DNA of 64,000 nucleotides from the NCBI RefSeq assembly GCF_030684315.1, contig NC_081399.1:6124113-6188112 (forward strand), in the 5' to 3' direction. The translations under genes were made by a program, and so were the position numbers. The notes under the pieces were generated by a model. That model searched no databases. It saw only the letters and a program-made list of their open reading frames with translations, and was not told the DNA's origin. Below, in pieces: positions 11,353-25,655 of the stretch (within the stretch, counting starts at the first letter, position 1; each line of letters starts with the position of its first letter). Source of the stretch: Stegostoma tigrinum. Its lineage: Eukaryota.

Positions 11353-13559
11353 TTCTGCATTATAACAGGATGGATCTTATCAGTGAGCAGTGGCTGATGG
11401 GTGTTCTCTTCTGGAAATGGGATAATACCTGTATTCTGACTGTCAATGAAACACATTCATCTGTTAGGCGTGATGTAGGAATCATTTTGGAGAACAGCAC
11501 TTTCTTTTCTGGACGAGCAGCTAACTGTGAAGAGAAATTTGTAATAGAGTGCTTGCAAGATTCTTGGGGGACTTGACAGGGTAAAGGTTGAAAGTTATTT
11601 CCCTTGTGAAAAAGCCTAGGACCAGAGGGCACAATCTTAGGATGAGGGACATTTAATTACGATAGAGATGGGGAGGAAATGTTCTCTCATACGGTAGCAA
11701 ATCCGTGGAATTCTTTGCCACAGAGGACTGTCGAAATATGATCTTTAAGTATATTCAACGCTAAGATAGATTCCTAATCAGCAAAGGAATTAAAGATCAT
11801 GAGGGAAAAAAAAACAGGGTAGTGACGTTGAGGGTGATCATATTGAATGGCACAGTAGACTCAATGAGCTGAATGGCCTATTTCTGCTCTTACATATTAC
11901 GGTCTGATAGAGCTAATGTCACTCACCCATATTGTTCTGTTCTCTCCGAAATTATATCATTTACATATTTTATAACTGTCCAGAATTCTTGACCTCAACA
12001 TGTCTATGCACTTTTCTCTTGAGGATAAATATATTTTTCTCTTAACATAGTAATCTATTGATCTTAATTTCTGTCTGTCTGTCTATCTATCTATCCATCT
12101 ATCTGTCCATCTGTTTATCTAAAGATTTAAGAAGGGCCTGACAAGTAGTGTGTTTGTGGAACAGGATGCCAGAGAAAGTGGTTGAGCCATGTATAATAGT
12201 AACATTTATAAAAACATTTAGATAGATACATGGATCGGAATGGTTTAGAGGATATGGAACAAATGCAGGCAATTGGAACTCACTGACTAGCCACCATGGT
12301 CAACATGAAACCATTTGGGCCAAGGGGCCTGTCGCCATTCTTTTTACTCTGTGACTCTGACTCTTATCTATCGGTCTGCCTGTTGATCTACATTTCTTTC
12401 TATCAGTTACTTATCTATCAATCAATCCCAACTGATCACGCCATTTTGTCACACTACTTATCAAAACATTATCATTCTATCTTGATAGCTACCCATGTAT
12501 CCTCGTGCTTCTTCTATTTATTGCTTGAATTATCTCTCACTCGCTATTCACTACCTCCCTGACCTCCGACTAGATAAGTTATAACAAAACAAAATGGAGC
12601 AGTGAAATTCCACATAGGGGTTTCTTTTTCCATTCTGAGTTCAGTAAGAAAACGACTTTGAGCGAGAAAAGCTGCTGGGAATAAATTGGATTGATGTTGA
12701 AGGAAGCTGAGGTCGGAGTAATTTATTCCTAAGGCGATAATGTCAAATACTAAGGCACATAGTTTTAGGGTGGGAAGGGAAAAATGTGAAGGAGATGTGC
12801 GAGGATTTTTTTTAACACAGTGTGTGGTAGGTTCTTAAAATGTGCTGTTAGAAGAGGTGCTAGAAGTAGATACGTTCGTAAAATTTAAGAAGCAATTAGA
12901 CAGACACTTGAACAGGCTGGGAACAGAGGGATATAGACCATGTGCAGACAGATGGGAGTAGTTAAAACAGCTTCATGGTCGGCACAGACAGGGTCAGGCG
13001 AAGGGCCAGTCCCCCTGCTGTACTGCTCTATGTTCTAAGTTAAAAAGAATGTAGAAAACGAATAAGAGGAAGGCATATGGCATAAGACGGAAAGATGTGA
13101 GGAGTAAAGGTGAAAATAAAGTGTTAGTGAGAAGGAACACTCACCAAAGAGCAAGGAAAAGAAATAGAAATAACGAATGAAAGAGTAAGATAACTGAAGG
13201 ATAAATAGAATGAAAAAGGAGCAAAGAATACTAGAAACAAATGTGGTAAGACACTTGAAAGTTTTTTTTTCGGAGCGAGGGAAAGAATGAGCAACAGATC
13301 GACTTAAACAAAGAGCAAGGAAATATTGATAATTGAACGAATACTAAGCTAACTTGTCACTTAAAACAGAAGGCCTGAGTGACAGAAATGACAGATATAT
13401 TGTAGAAAATGATGTTTAGCTGCAGAAATATAGATTGATTTGACCAAATGCATCTAGCAGCGCTATTTGGCAGTTGGAGGAGTCACTGAGACATGATCAT
13501 TAAAGAAAAAATGTGAGCAAAGAAATTGATCAGCCGCTCTTCAAACAGAGACTGCAGCG

Positions 13560-13715
13560 CAACAGGTGTTACATTCAGTCAAACCACAGTTACACCAGGA
13601 AACAGAACTACTTCTCGCAAACCTGAAGCACCCATGATAATGGCAAGTTTCAGTGCGCCACTCGAAAGTTTCAAACCAGCATCTTTTGTTTGACTTCTCC
13701 CTTTGCAGCTGCATT
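13560..13715. promoter_or_regulatory. Candidate TCR-beta 3' enhancer (T-cell TF motif cluster in non-repetitive sequence)
   Basis: E-box CAGGTG 13563, RUNX AACCACA 13582, ETS CAGGAA 13596, GATA TGATAA 13635, E-box CAGCTG 13706. Motif-only evidence. Confidence 0.35.
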
Positions 13716-15469
13716 TTTTTTTCACGAGAGCCTTGTTTTGATATGTTGTTTTCCAGTGATACAGTGAAAAATAACAAGCCAAAGTAGCGAAGGACATGAA
13801 TTTGTGATTCAAAACATGCTGTAATGTCATGTCCTGCAGTCCGTCAGCCAACTGCTTTCAGTAGAATGACATTTAGAATGCAGTTTATTGTCACATATAT
13901 GCAAGTACAGGAATACATGAGTAAAGAGGCCAATGCACATGATTGCCAACTTAGGTAGAAAGATATCCAAGTACCAAACCTAGGTATAAATTAGAATAAT
14001 AATAAATTAATTAACATAATAGTTCAAGCCCGAAAGTTCTAAAGTACGCATTCCATTCTGGTTTTCACCTCGAACCCAGGAGTCTGTGCTCAGCTTCCTT
14101 CAGGCTGGGCGTGCATTGCGCCTGTTAGAGGAATGGAAATAAGTAAAGAGAGAAAAAGAAGAAAAAGGAGGGTGGGGGCTGAACGAAAAGAGGAATAAGA
14201 AAAAAGTAAATGGATGGAGCGGACGAGAGAACCTACTGGCTTAGGAAACCTACTCAGCCGCCAGTAATTAAATTTCATTTTGCAAATGCCTTAAAATCTA
14301 TTTTCTCTTCTTTGATATGAACTGGCATGATTTCTTCTTTCTCACTGCTCATGCGAAATGTTTCCACCCAGTTTGTCGTCGCAATGAAAAATCAGAGGAA
14401 GAATCAGCAAATATTTTGTGGAAGTGACTGATGGTGAATAACAGTGTGAGAAAGGTAGACTATGAGAGAGGAAGATGCAGAGAGAGGGAGGCAAATGCAG
14501 AATATAGAAACAGAGAGACGCATGCAAGGTGAAAGAATGAAAGAGCATCTTGCGGGAAAGGGAATGAGACAGAGTCAGACGGAGAAAAGACAGAATGACA
14601 AAAATGAAAAATCAATGCAGGATAAAGAGATAGAAAAAAAATGTGGAGCATAGAACATAGAAAGTCAGATGTATCTGGGCAGCTAGACGTGTAGAAGGAA
14701 TGGCTTATACAGCATATAGAAAGACAATGCGTGTCAGTCGTTGGAGTGGGAGAGGATCAAGGAATGTTAGGGTTGGAAGTATGAAGAAATGCACAGAGAA
14801 AGTAAAGAATTAAAGATTGAGGAGTACTTGGACATGCTTCCTGAAATAGGTCCCCACAGGTTCATCAAACGCCTGGAAAACTCTTAGAATTTTTTGAGTG
14901 GATAATGAGCCAGTCTGACAAAGTACAGCCTGTACATATGGTTTGTATGGATTTCCAGAAGGTCTTTGGCCAGGTGCCACACAACAGGCAGCTAAATAAG
15001 GTAAGATATATATAGTGTAGGAGGATGGGCTTAGATTAGTTCACAGGTCGGCGCAACATTGAAGGCCAAAGGGCCTGTTCTGCACTGTATTGTTCTATGC
15101 TCTATAGAATAGATCATCATTCCTTCAGTAACACTGGGTGAAAATACTGGAACTGCCTCTCTAACAGCCTAATTGTGGGTGTAAAACAGCAAATGGGCTT
15201 TTGGAGTACTGTTCACTGTTCTGGTTGCTCTTCTGTAGGAAGAATATTATTAAGTTGGAGAGGGTGCAGAAAAGATTTACAAGGATGTTGCAAAGACTGG
15301 AGGGTTTGAGTTATAAGGAAAGGTTGGATAAGCTATGACCTGTTTCTCTGGAGCATAGAAGGTTAAGGGGTGACCTTGTAGAGGTTAGTGAAATCACGAG
15401 GGGCTTAGATAAGGTGAATAGTAAAGATGTTTTCCCCAAGTTAGGGGAAGTTCAAAACTAGAGGATAAC

Positions 15470-16540
15470 AAACTATCATGAATAGAATATTTGTTGAATG
15501 GCAGAAGGCAGAGAGTTTGATTAAAGAGGTATTTTTCAGGATATCGGAGGAGTTCCACAGCGGTCGGTGTTGGGGCCACAACTATTCACGTTATGGACTA
15601 ACAATTTAGGATAAGGAAATGAGGGCATTGTTACAAAGCTTTCAGATGATACAAAAAAAAGGCGTAGAGACAGGTAATGTTCAGGAAATGGGCAGGCTGC
15701 AGAATGACTTGGACAGACTAGAAGAGTGAGAAAAGAAGTAGAGAATGGAATACAGTATGGGAAATTGTGATGTTATGCACTTTGCTCGGAAGAAAAGAGA
15801 CCTGGATTATATCTGTAATGTGGAAAAGTTTTGAACATCTGAAATTGATAAGATCTATGGGATACCAGTTTAGGATGCTCCTCAGGTTAATATACAGGTT
15901 CAGCTAGCAGTTAGGAAGGCAAATGCAATGCTAGCTTACATTTCAATAAGAATAGAATGCAAGAGCAGGGGTATACTGCGTTACAGTATCTGATCAGAGC
16001 CTATTTGGAATACTGTGAGCAACTTTAAAATCCATTCTTAAAAGGACGTAATGGCCTTGGCGTGAGACCAGAGGATATTTACAAGGTGATTCCCAGGGAT
16101 GAAGGGCATGTACATGAGGAGCAGTTGAGAACTCTGGGCCTCTACTCGGTGGACCTTAAAAAGGATGAGGGGGAATTTGATTGAAACTTACAGTGACAGT
16201 CAGCAAAATAGTGAACAAGGAGAAGACGTTTCCACTAGTAGAGGAGACTCGTACCCGAGGGTACAGCTTCAGGATGAAGGGACAATCTTATCGAACTGAG
16301 ATGAGGAGGAATTTCTTCAGCGAGACGGTGGTGATTCTGTGGAACTGATTGCTGCAGAAGGCTGTGGAGATCAATCATTAAGCATATATTGACAGACTGA
16401 ATACAGCTTCTTGACTAGTAAGGGGATGAACAGTTAAGGAGGGGCACAGGAGAATGGGATTGAGTAACACATCAGCCATGTCCAAATAACAAAGGAGACA
16501 GAATGTACCAAATGACCTAATTCTGCCTCTACAGGTTATA
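15470..16540 (+). mobile_element. Decayed CR1 LINE 3' fragment (RT C-terminus and 3' UTR)
   Basis: Degenerate FADDTK, KCEVMHFGRK and LEYCxQ-like segments with many stops. Confidence 0.75.
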
Positions 16541-17453
16541 GTCTTAGGGCGTGTGTTAATTGCACACACATATGTCTTTGTCAATAAAGAAAGAACAGAG
16601 AGGAAGTTGCCCGGGTAGAATGACGAATGGGGATAATGAAAAACAGACCTCAGAGGCAGACAGTGATAGGAAACTAAATAATGATCAAAAGATAAAGAAA
16701 AAGTTCAGCGCTAACCGTCCAAAGAAATCTCAGGGAATACAAAGAGACAGAAAATGATTCTCCTTCTGTCAAGTTGAATGCCCTCAATCAGCAAAACAAG
16801 CAGAAATTGTAACATTCTACGTCCGAGTAAGGATATGTTGATACCTCTACCCAGTATCAGTCTTATTTCCAGCCTGTTTGCAAAGATAATGTGTGCATGT
16901 CCTGGAAGGCAGTTGTCAGCTGCATTCTTAGTCATCATCAAACAGAATGGGCAGGGCAAATCCCTTTGTGCAAAAAAAGAAGAGAGCTACAGGCCAACGT
17001 GGTGAAGGATTAGAATGGATGTTGAAAGCTTAGGCATAAAGAAGCTGATTCCCTTTGGGGGTGTAAAATGCAACTGAAATCGTAACTATCACAAATATGA
17101 ACATTGATTATAATAGCCAACTGACAAATTCATGGGGAAACTGCTTTGACCAGAAAGTGTTAAGAACCTGACCTTCAACCTAAATTGGTATATACATATT
17201 ATTTGTTCATCATATGAGGGTAGCTCAAGATAGGTTAGAAATTATTGTTTACCCTAACTACCTCAGATCAGGTTGTTCTGAACTGCCTTCTTAATCTACA
17301 TGAATTGTCTGGTAGGCAAGAAAATCCAACAAGCTGTAGGGAAGTGAGATGAATTTTTTTGCTTAAGTGAGAATAAAGGAATGGGAGAATACTTCCAATA
17401 CAGGAGAGGGATTGCCTTTCATTTGATGGTGATTGCATTGATTTGTACCCAAT

Positions 17454-17790
17454 GTGGCATGGTGGCTCCGTGGTTATCTCTGCTGCGTCAAAACAACAGG
17501 GACTTGGGTTGGATTCCGGCTTCATGCGACTGTCTGTTTGGAGTTGGCCTGCTCTCCCCTTGTCTGCATGGGTTTCATCTGGGTGCTCTTGCTTCATCCC
17601 ACAGCCCAAAGGAGGGCATTACAAGTGGATTAGCCATGTTAAATTGCTTCATAGTGCAAGCTAGATGGATTAGACATTGGAAACGCTGGGGTGCAAGGAT
17701 AGGGTAAGGGCATCGATGTGCAATTTACTTTGAAGATTCAGTGAAACCTTGGTGAGCTAAATGGTGTCTTTCTACACTGTACGTTCTATG
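17454..17790 (+). mobile_element. tRNA-derived shark SINE (HE1/V-SINE-like)
   Basis: gtggcatggtggctccgtggttatctctgctgcgtca head and conserved body. Confidence 0.7.
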
Positions 17791-18336
17791 TTGTCGTGTT
17801 CATAGAGGATTTGGTATGGAAGATGTCAGACCTGTCTTGGTGAGTTAACAGCAGTGCAACTTATCAATGGCACACAGCTGCAACGCAATGTATGAGTGGA
17901 GAAGGGGGCACACGTTGACAGTGATGAATAATATAGTAATCAATTGGGGTGCTTTGTCTTAGGTAGTGCCAGTATTGTTGTAGCTGCATTCATCCTGGGA
18001 AGTAGTCTATTAAAGTCCCAACATGCATTTGGCAATGAAAATATGAGCCACCCTGTACAAGATTCCTCTCCAGGGTAAAATCAATGAATTGTGGATGCTG
18101 GAAATCTGAAGCAAAAATACAAATTGTTCGAGAAACTCAGAAGGCCTGGTGGCATCTGTGTCAGGAAATAAAAGAGCTTCAAGTCCCATGTCCTTGCACC
18201 AGAACTGACAACAGGAAAGGGAGATAATTGCACTGATGGTGTGGTTTGTGGCACAGAAAAGAGGGTGGGCGGGGAGGTAGGGATAGTGAATACAGCATGT
18301 GTAGACAGAACCCAGAGAGTGAGGGCGGTGAGTGTC

Positions 18337-18338
<2 letters not shown>

Positions 18339-18385
<47 letters not shown>
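18339..18385. repeat. (GA)~23 microsatellite
   Basis: Seen directly. Confidence 0.95.
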
Positions 18386-18388
<3 letters not shown>

Positions 18389-20560
18389 TAAGCGCTGGGT
18401 TGCTGGGTAGCACGCTAACAAGAAATGCAAATGATTCATAATTGGTTGGCTTGCTAGGAGCAACCAATCCAATTCAGGACTTAATGGTATAAATGGTAGA
18501 TTTTCACATTGGCAAGGCAATGAATAGAGTACTGGCTCAGGGATCAGTCCTGGGACCTCAGCTATTTAATTACACAGATTAACATAGAGGCAATACCAGA
18601 TCCAATTTGGCAATGGCTCAAGGCTAGTTGGAAAAATAAATTACAGGGAAGACTTAAAGAGGCAGAGATAAATGACAGGTTAAGTGAATAGGCACAAAAA
18701 CGCATCCACGGAAATAAAATGGTGTGCAGTGTAAAGGTATACAGTCAGAATCACACAACACCGAATCAGACCTTCGGCCCAATTTGTCCATGTTGACCAG
18801 GGTTCCCAAACTAAGCTTAACCCATCTGCCTGCATTTGGCCCATATCCTTCTCAACCTTTTTTATTCGGGTATCTGCATAATGTCTTTTAAATGCTGTAA
18901 CTGTTATTTATTTTACTCAAAATAATAGAGAAACAGACTTTTTTTTGAAAAGGTATGAATCTTATTAAGGTTTATGCTCAGAGCAAGTCGGATATGCTCC
19001 GTATGAGATAGTAAAAACTGCTGATGCTGGAGTCAGAGATAATACAGTGTAGAACTAGAGGAACATAGGTGGCCAGGCAGCATCATAGAAGCCAGAAAGC
19101 TGGACAAAACATTAGCATTCCTGTTCCTCTGATGCTGCCTGGCCTGCTATGTTCTTCCAGCTCCACACTGTGTTATAACTTGGATTTGCTCAGGCAAGGA
19201 TTGCAGAGAGTCATTGCACAAATGCAGCATGTATTTCAAGGGGATTTATGTGCATGACTGTGGCAATGTGCCAAAAAATGTAGGCTCATGATGATACGGC
19301 ACTTAGAAAACAATGCACAGCTTTGACTATTAGGATAGGATATTCTTTCATTGGAGGCAATACAGTAATTTCACGAAATTGGTCCTTCAGATGAGGGGGC
19401 TTTCTTGCAATGAATGGCTTAGCAATTTAGGCCTTGATTCTCTGGTGATCAGAAGAGTGAACGGTGGTCTATTTGGAACGTACAATATTCTGAAGTAGTT
19501 TGAGGGGGTAAAAAGTTACAAACTATTTCTCCCAGTTAACAAAACTAAAACATCGGGAGTCAGCCTTCAGAGAAATTGATAATTGTGCACCAAACAGCAT
19601 AAGAAGCAAGTGACAAATGGAGCTAAGTGATTCCACAGCCAATGGATTAGAACTAAGACCTGTAGTCCTGGCACATTCAGTCATGAAAAGTGGTGGACAA
19701 TTAAAATTACTGCAGGAGGAGGCGCCACAAATGTTCCATCCCGAATATTGAGGGAACCAAGCACAACAGTGCAAATGGTAAAAAGATAGACCTTGCTGGA
19801 GAAACTTAGCAAAATCGGCTCTGATGAAGTGTCGCTGGACTGAAGATGTTGACTGTCCGTAGATTCTTCCAGGCCTGCTGAGTTTCTCCAGCAGTTTCTA
19901 ATTTTTCTTCAGATTTCCAGCAATTGTCAGTCTGTATTGCATTTTCATGCAAAAGGTAAGACCAAGAGGGTACAGCAACTTTGAACCAGATGTTCCAAGT
20001 GGGTGATTCACCTCAATATATTTCGAAAGAGCCCCAAAATCATTTTCAGCCAATCCAATTCACTCCACGTGATATCAAGAATTGGCTGACAACACTGGGT
20101 ATTAACAAGTCTAAAGATCATGACAACAGGTGGAAAATAGTACTGCACTCCAGAAGTTGTCGTATCTGACCTAAGTTTATCCAGTCCAGCTACAACACTG
20201 ACATTTACCCGACAATATGGAAAATTTCCAAGGTATACCCTGTCAACAAAAAGTGTGAAATTCTAACTCATTCAATTGCACTCCTATCAATCTACTATCA
20301 ATCGCCAGTAAAATGGTCGAAGAAATCATCAATAGTGCCATCCCTTGCTTAGAAATAACCATTTCACAACGACAATACAGGAAGTAAAATGGCTTGAAGT
20401 ATAAAGTTATCGAGTGATATAGAGCCATAAGGCATGGAAACAGAACTCTTGGTACAAATCGTAAAAATAAACTAGCCCCATCCAGATCTGGGGAAGGATC
20501 ACCAGTCCCAAAAAGTTAACTCTGATTTCTCTTCAGAGATAATGGGAACTGCAGACGCTG

Positions 20561-20770
20561 GAGAATCTGAGATAACAAAGTGTAGAGCTGGATGAACACA
20601 ACTGGCCAAGCAGCATCTCAGGAGGACAAAAGCTGACATCTCGGGCCTATCCCCTTAATCAGATAAAGGGTTTTTCTGATGAATGGCCTAGGCCCAAAAC
20701 ATCAGCTTTTGAGCTCCTAAGATGCTGCTTGGCCTGCTCTGTTCATCCAGCTCCACACTTTGTTATCTCT
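20561..20770. mobile_element. Palindromic non-autonomous element made of two inverted Penelope-type terminal repeats
   Basis: gagataacaaagtgtagagctggatgaacac... is mirrored by ...gttcatccagctccacactttgttatctc. Confidence 0.75.
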
Positions 20771-21240
20771 GATTTCTATTCTCAGCTGCTGACAGGCCAT
20801 CTGAGCTTTTCCAACAACTTCTGTTTGTGTTCCTGTCAAGTTTGAATTCGTCCTGGAGGAAATTTTAATTTGCAATTATGTGCCTGAATATAGAATTAGT
20901 GCTGACGGAGCATCGCTGAGCCCGTGAGGCAAACTCTGCTCCTTCTGCACAGATTCTGTCAGACATGCTGAGTTTCTCCAGCAATGTCTATGTTCTATGT
21001 CCATGTTTCAATGTCTATGAATGTAGCTGACCTGAACAGATTTTGTTTTTGTCTCAGGCAATCAGGTTTTGGGTTTAAAGCTGAGTGACAGACCCAGTTC
21101 ATTTGTGAGCATACTAAACATGGGGGGAGTCTCAGCAGTCAAGATAGTCTATATGTATCCCTCATGCCTAATGTTAAACTGTCTCCAGGATTAACTTGAT
21201 TACTGCCACTCTGCATCAACCACAGATATTCTGCTTTGCA

Positions 21241-22394
21241 AGAAGCCTTTGATAAGGTTCCACATGTTAGACTATTGGAGAAAATACAGAAGCACAGGAT
21301 TGAGGGTGATTTAGCAGTTTGGATTAGAAACCAGCTTTCTGTAAGAAGGCAACGAGTGGTGGTTGATGGAAAATATTCAGCCTGGAGTCCAGTTACTTGT
21401 GTTGTGCCTCAGGGATCTGTTTTGGGACCGCTGCTGTTTGTCATTTTTATAAATGACTTGGGCGCAGGCATTGGTGGATGGCTTAGCAGGTTTGCAGATG
21501 ACACTAAAGTCGGTGGAGTGGTGGACAGTGTTGAAAAATGTTGCAGGTTTCAGGGAGACTTGGATAAGGTGCAGAATTGGGCCAAAAGGTGGCAAATGGA
21601 ATTTAATATGGATAAATGTGAGGTGATTCTCTTTGGAGGAATAATAGGAAGGCAGAATACCGGGTCAATGGAAAGATTCTTGGTAGTGTAGATGTGCAGA
21701 GAGATCTTGGTGTCCATGTACATAGGTCCCTGAAAATTGCCACCCAAGTTGATAATGCTGTTAAGAAGCCTCACGGTGTGTTAGGTTTTGTTGGTAGAGG
21801 GATTGCGTTCAGGAGCCGTGATGTAATGCTGCAACTGTAGAAAACGCTAGTGCGGCCTCACTTGGAATATTGCGTACAGTTCTGGTCGCCCCATTACAGG
21901 AAGGATGTGGAAGCATTGGAAAAGGTGCAGATGAGATTTACCAGGATGTTGCCTGATCGGGAGCGCAGGCCCTATGAAGAAAGGCTGAGGAACTTGAGTC
22001 TGTTCTCATTGGAGAGAAGGAGGCTAAGAGGGGATTTAATGGAGATGTCCAACATGATCAGAGGATTAGATAGGGTGGACAGTGAAAGTCTTTTTCCGAG
22101 GATGATGACTTCAGCTTGTACGAGGGGGCATAGCTACAAATTGAGGGGTGATAGATTTAAGACAGATATCAGAGGCAGGTTCTTTACTCAGAGAGTGGTA
22201 AGGGTGTGAAACGCCCTGCCTGCCATTGTAGTTAACTCAACCACATTAGGGGCATTTAAGCAGTCCTTGGATAAGCTTATGGATAATGATGGGATAGTGT
22301 AGGGGGAGGGGCTTAGGTTTGTTCACAGGTCAGTGCAACATCGCGGGCCGAAGGGCCTGTTCTGCCCTGTATTGTTCTATGTTCTATGTTCTAA
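21241..22394 (+). mobile_element. Relatively young 5'-truncated CR1 LINE (RT domain and 3' tail)
   Basis: ORF pieces AFDKVPH...VPQGSVLGPLLFVIFINDL...FADDTK and RPHLEYCVQFWSPHYRKD...FFTQRVV. Ends in (TTCTATG)n. Frameshifts present. Confidence 0.92.
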
Positions 22395-23498
22395 AATGTG
22401 CAGTTTCACAACTCACATACTCAACCACATGTCAGCAACAGACAACAGGAGCGAGAATAGCTTTGAAACCTGTTCTGCCATTCAGCATGATCATGGCTGA
22501 TCATTCGGCTCAGTCCCCTGCTCCTAATTCCTCTCCTCATCCTTGTAGCTCCAAGACCTATGTCTAACTCCTTTCTGAAAAAAAAACAGTCAATGTTTTT
22601 GCTTCAACAGTGTGCTGTAATGCAGAATTGCATGGGCTCACTATTCTCTGGATGAAAAATAAATTCTCCTCATCTCACTCTTAATAGGCCGATTCCCTAC
22701 CCATTGGCTGTGACCCCTGCTCTGGGCTCCCCAGCTATTGGGAATATTCATCCTCCATTTACCCAATCTAGGCCTGTCAGAATTTTCCTCAGTTTTCATG
22801 AGATCACCCCTCATTCTTCTAAACTCCAGTGGATGTTGTGTTAACCAATCTGGTACTACTTCAGACATCGGCCCTGCAGCAAACAGCCTGGTAAACCTGC
22901 ATTAGTCTCCCTTTGTAGAAAGAACCTCCTTCATCCGTTATCAATTCACTTTTTATGTCCACAAATATCTGAGATGTACTGGAATTCGGAACGTCTTATT
23001 TATCTGCAGCAGTTTGACCAATTCGAGGCGCAAGACCTGAATCTGCAATTGTAGTGTCCCTATTTCTGTAGTAGGAGACCGGAGTTCAAGTGCGACTTGC
23101 ATTACAGACATGCAGTAGCATCAGCACAAAAGTTCATCAGTAAATATCTAATACATAAACTTTCATAGGTTCACCCATGCTAGAGATATGGCATTTAGCT
23201 CCTCAAGCTCCTGATTATATGAGAGACAGAAAGCATTCTTCCCTCTGATGTCCGCTACATCAGAACATGAGGACATTGAATCTCTAACTTGGGTGTTGGT
23301 GCCTCTGCAGAAAGTGTGTGGTGACCATTAATTTAACAACCTAACTTTTCTGAATAAGCTTTAATTCTGTCATCCAAACAACTGTGTATATAATATATAT
23401 CTGAACATGTCAGCATTGTTTAAACAAAGTAATATTTGGCTCACGTTGTATTTTGAATGAAATAAAAGGGAGAAAAGTTTTATCTGGATGTTAATCTA

Positions 23499-23504
23499 TT
23501 TATT
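23499..23504 (-). terminator. Putative polyadenylation signal of TRBC
   Basis: AATAAA on the minus strand about 720 nt past the stop codon. Confidence 0.45.
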
Positions 23505-24219
23505 TCTTGTTAACAATAAGAAGACTGCAAAAATTCACAAGCACGTTGTCAATGCCAGCTCCATTGACGATACCACAATGAATTATGATCCCAGATTTTC
23601 TTTCATAATCAAAGAAAATCATTCTAAAACTCATAATACATTGCTGCGTGAGTAGAAATTAGAGAGAACAAAAACAGATAGCTTCAAATAGCATTTGAAT
23701 AACTTTCATCTTTCAACTTCTTTAAGATATAGACACCGTTATTGTAACAGAATCAGAGGAGGGCAGAGAAGGTTAAAAATAAGATTGAGCATAAAATCTG
23801 TTCTTGCTTTTCAAATTTTTGAACTCAATGGCTGACACTCAGAGAATGTTTTTTGCAGGAGAGATCAAATGGGCCTTGTTGCCTTGTAATTGTTTACAAT
23901 AATATGTAATGGCTCAAATAATCCCACCCTCAAATTGACAACCAGAGAATTAATTGTGTAATTGTTTTGCAACCCTAAAAGCTGAAGCTTGCTTCTCTCG
24001 TAAGAACATAATGACATATCAAGATATAGACTTCTGAAAAATTAGCTAACACTCTAACTCTATTCCATTATTTCGCATGGCCAAGATGTTGAAGATCGCT
24101 TGTCAGCAAGATGCTTGAAGAGCAGAAGTAGTTGAGATCAAATCGCTCTGAGTATTCAAAAAGTGCATATTTCTTTCCTCCATACTGTTTCATGTGTTCC
24201 ACCATCATCTTCAATGCGA

Positions 24220-24246
24220 TCAGTCAAACCTATTGCTGTGAGAGAT
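24220..24246 (-). CDS. TRBC: TCR beta constant exon 4 (cytoplasmic tail ISHSNRFD*)
   Basis: Acceptor ttcttttcattttgtgccAG, phase 0, TGA stop. The tail resembles the shark TCR-beta C-terminus as I recall it (...SKRFD). Confidence 0.88.
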   Translation of the reverse strand: MSHSNRFD

Positions 24247-25428
24247 CTGGCACAAAATGAAAAGAATTGCACTTCATTATTGTAGAATCCGAGAATGATG
24301 CAATAAGGAAGGATGCTATTCAACACATTTTGCTTGCACCAGCACTTTGAAAGATTTTTTTTCCAGATCACCTTTCCTTCTCCATATCTGCAATTCTGCC
24401 CAATCATTGAAAGATCTTCTTCGGTTTGTGAAGCGAATATCAGGCCATTTCAAACAGACTTTCCAGGCAACCCTAACTGTTCCCTATACTGTCCATATTT
24501 TTAGCCACAGGGAAAGGTTTAACCTCAATTACTCTACAATAGGATTTTAACACCTCTGTATAAACACTCTTTACCCTTCTTCTCACCAAGGTGAACATTC
24601 CCAATTGCACCAGAGGCTGCAGAATACTGAAATTCAACATTTGTGATGCTATTTTAGTAAATCATCTCTCACATGCTTTCTAAGGCCTAAGGATTCATAT
24701 GGTCTCTTCTGATCTTTTCTTTCAAAACATGTGAATTCATATTCCTACATATGTTCACCATTTGTGCATTTCACCACACTATTCCGGGGGCAATGTTGAG
24801 AGAGTACTACTGTGCTGTGAAAGGGATAAGGCTGAAAATCCTTCTTCCTGCTCCAAGTCAATAGAGTCTCTTCTCCAAACTTGCCAATGGGTTATTATTA
24901 TCATGGCAATAGAAACCAAGTGACGCAATATTAAACTTGAATCATAAAAAATGCCAATTCCTGGGCACATAGTGTTGTTCAGAAATGAAAAGTATTTAAT
25001 ATCTAAGAAATATTAATAAGCTCATCAACAGGAAGAAAGTCACAACAAAAATTTATTCAAATAGCATGGATTTCTGCACTGCTATCACAAAACCAACAAT
25101 ATAATAACAAGGGTCTTTTTTTTCATTCACAGGATGTGGATGCAACAGCTAGGACAGTATTTATTGTCCAATAATTGTCCTGTAATTGTCCAATGGGCAG
25201 TTAAGAATGAACCACATTGCTGTGGGTCTAAAGTCATATGTGGGTCAGACCAGGTAAGCTCCGCAGTTTTCTTTCCTCAAGGGCTTTAGTGAGCAAGATG
25301 TGTTTTTATTTCTAATAATTAACATATTGCATCATTAGAATTCTAATTCCAGATTATTACAAAAAACAGTTCATGTTCCATCATCTGTCATGACGGTGTT
25401 TGAACTCGGATTCACAGAATATTGTTTC

Positions 25429-25655
25429 AGAGACAGTAGGAACTGCAGATGCTGGAGAATCTGAGATAACAAGGTATAGGTCTGGATGAACACAGCAGAC
25501 CAAGCAGCAGCAGAGGAGCAGGAAGGCTGACGTTTCGGCCCTAGACCCGTCTTTAGAAGACCCTTTCTGAAGACGGGTCTAGGCCCAAAACATCAGCCGC
25601 TGTGCTCCTCTGATGCTGCTTGGCCTGCTGTGTTCATCCAGCTCTACATCTTGTT
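25429..25655. mobile_element. Palindromic Penelope-derived element in TRBC intron 3
   Basis: Inverted arms ...ctggatgaacacagcag...ctagacccgtctt / aagacgggtctag...gctgtgttcatccag. Confidence 0.75.

Noticed and set aside
14069-14121. Possible 53-bp minus-strand exon
   Set aside because: The acceptor arises from a long purine tract, the donor is weak, and no product or partner exon is recognisable.
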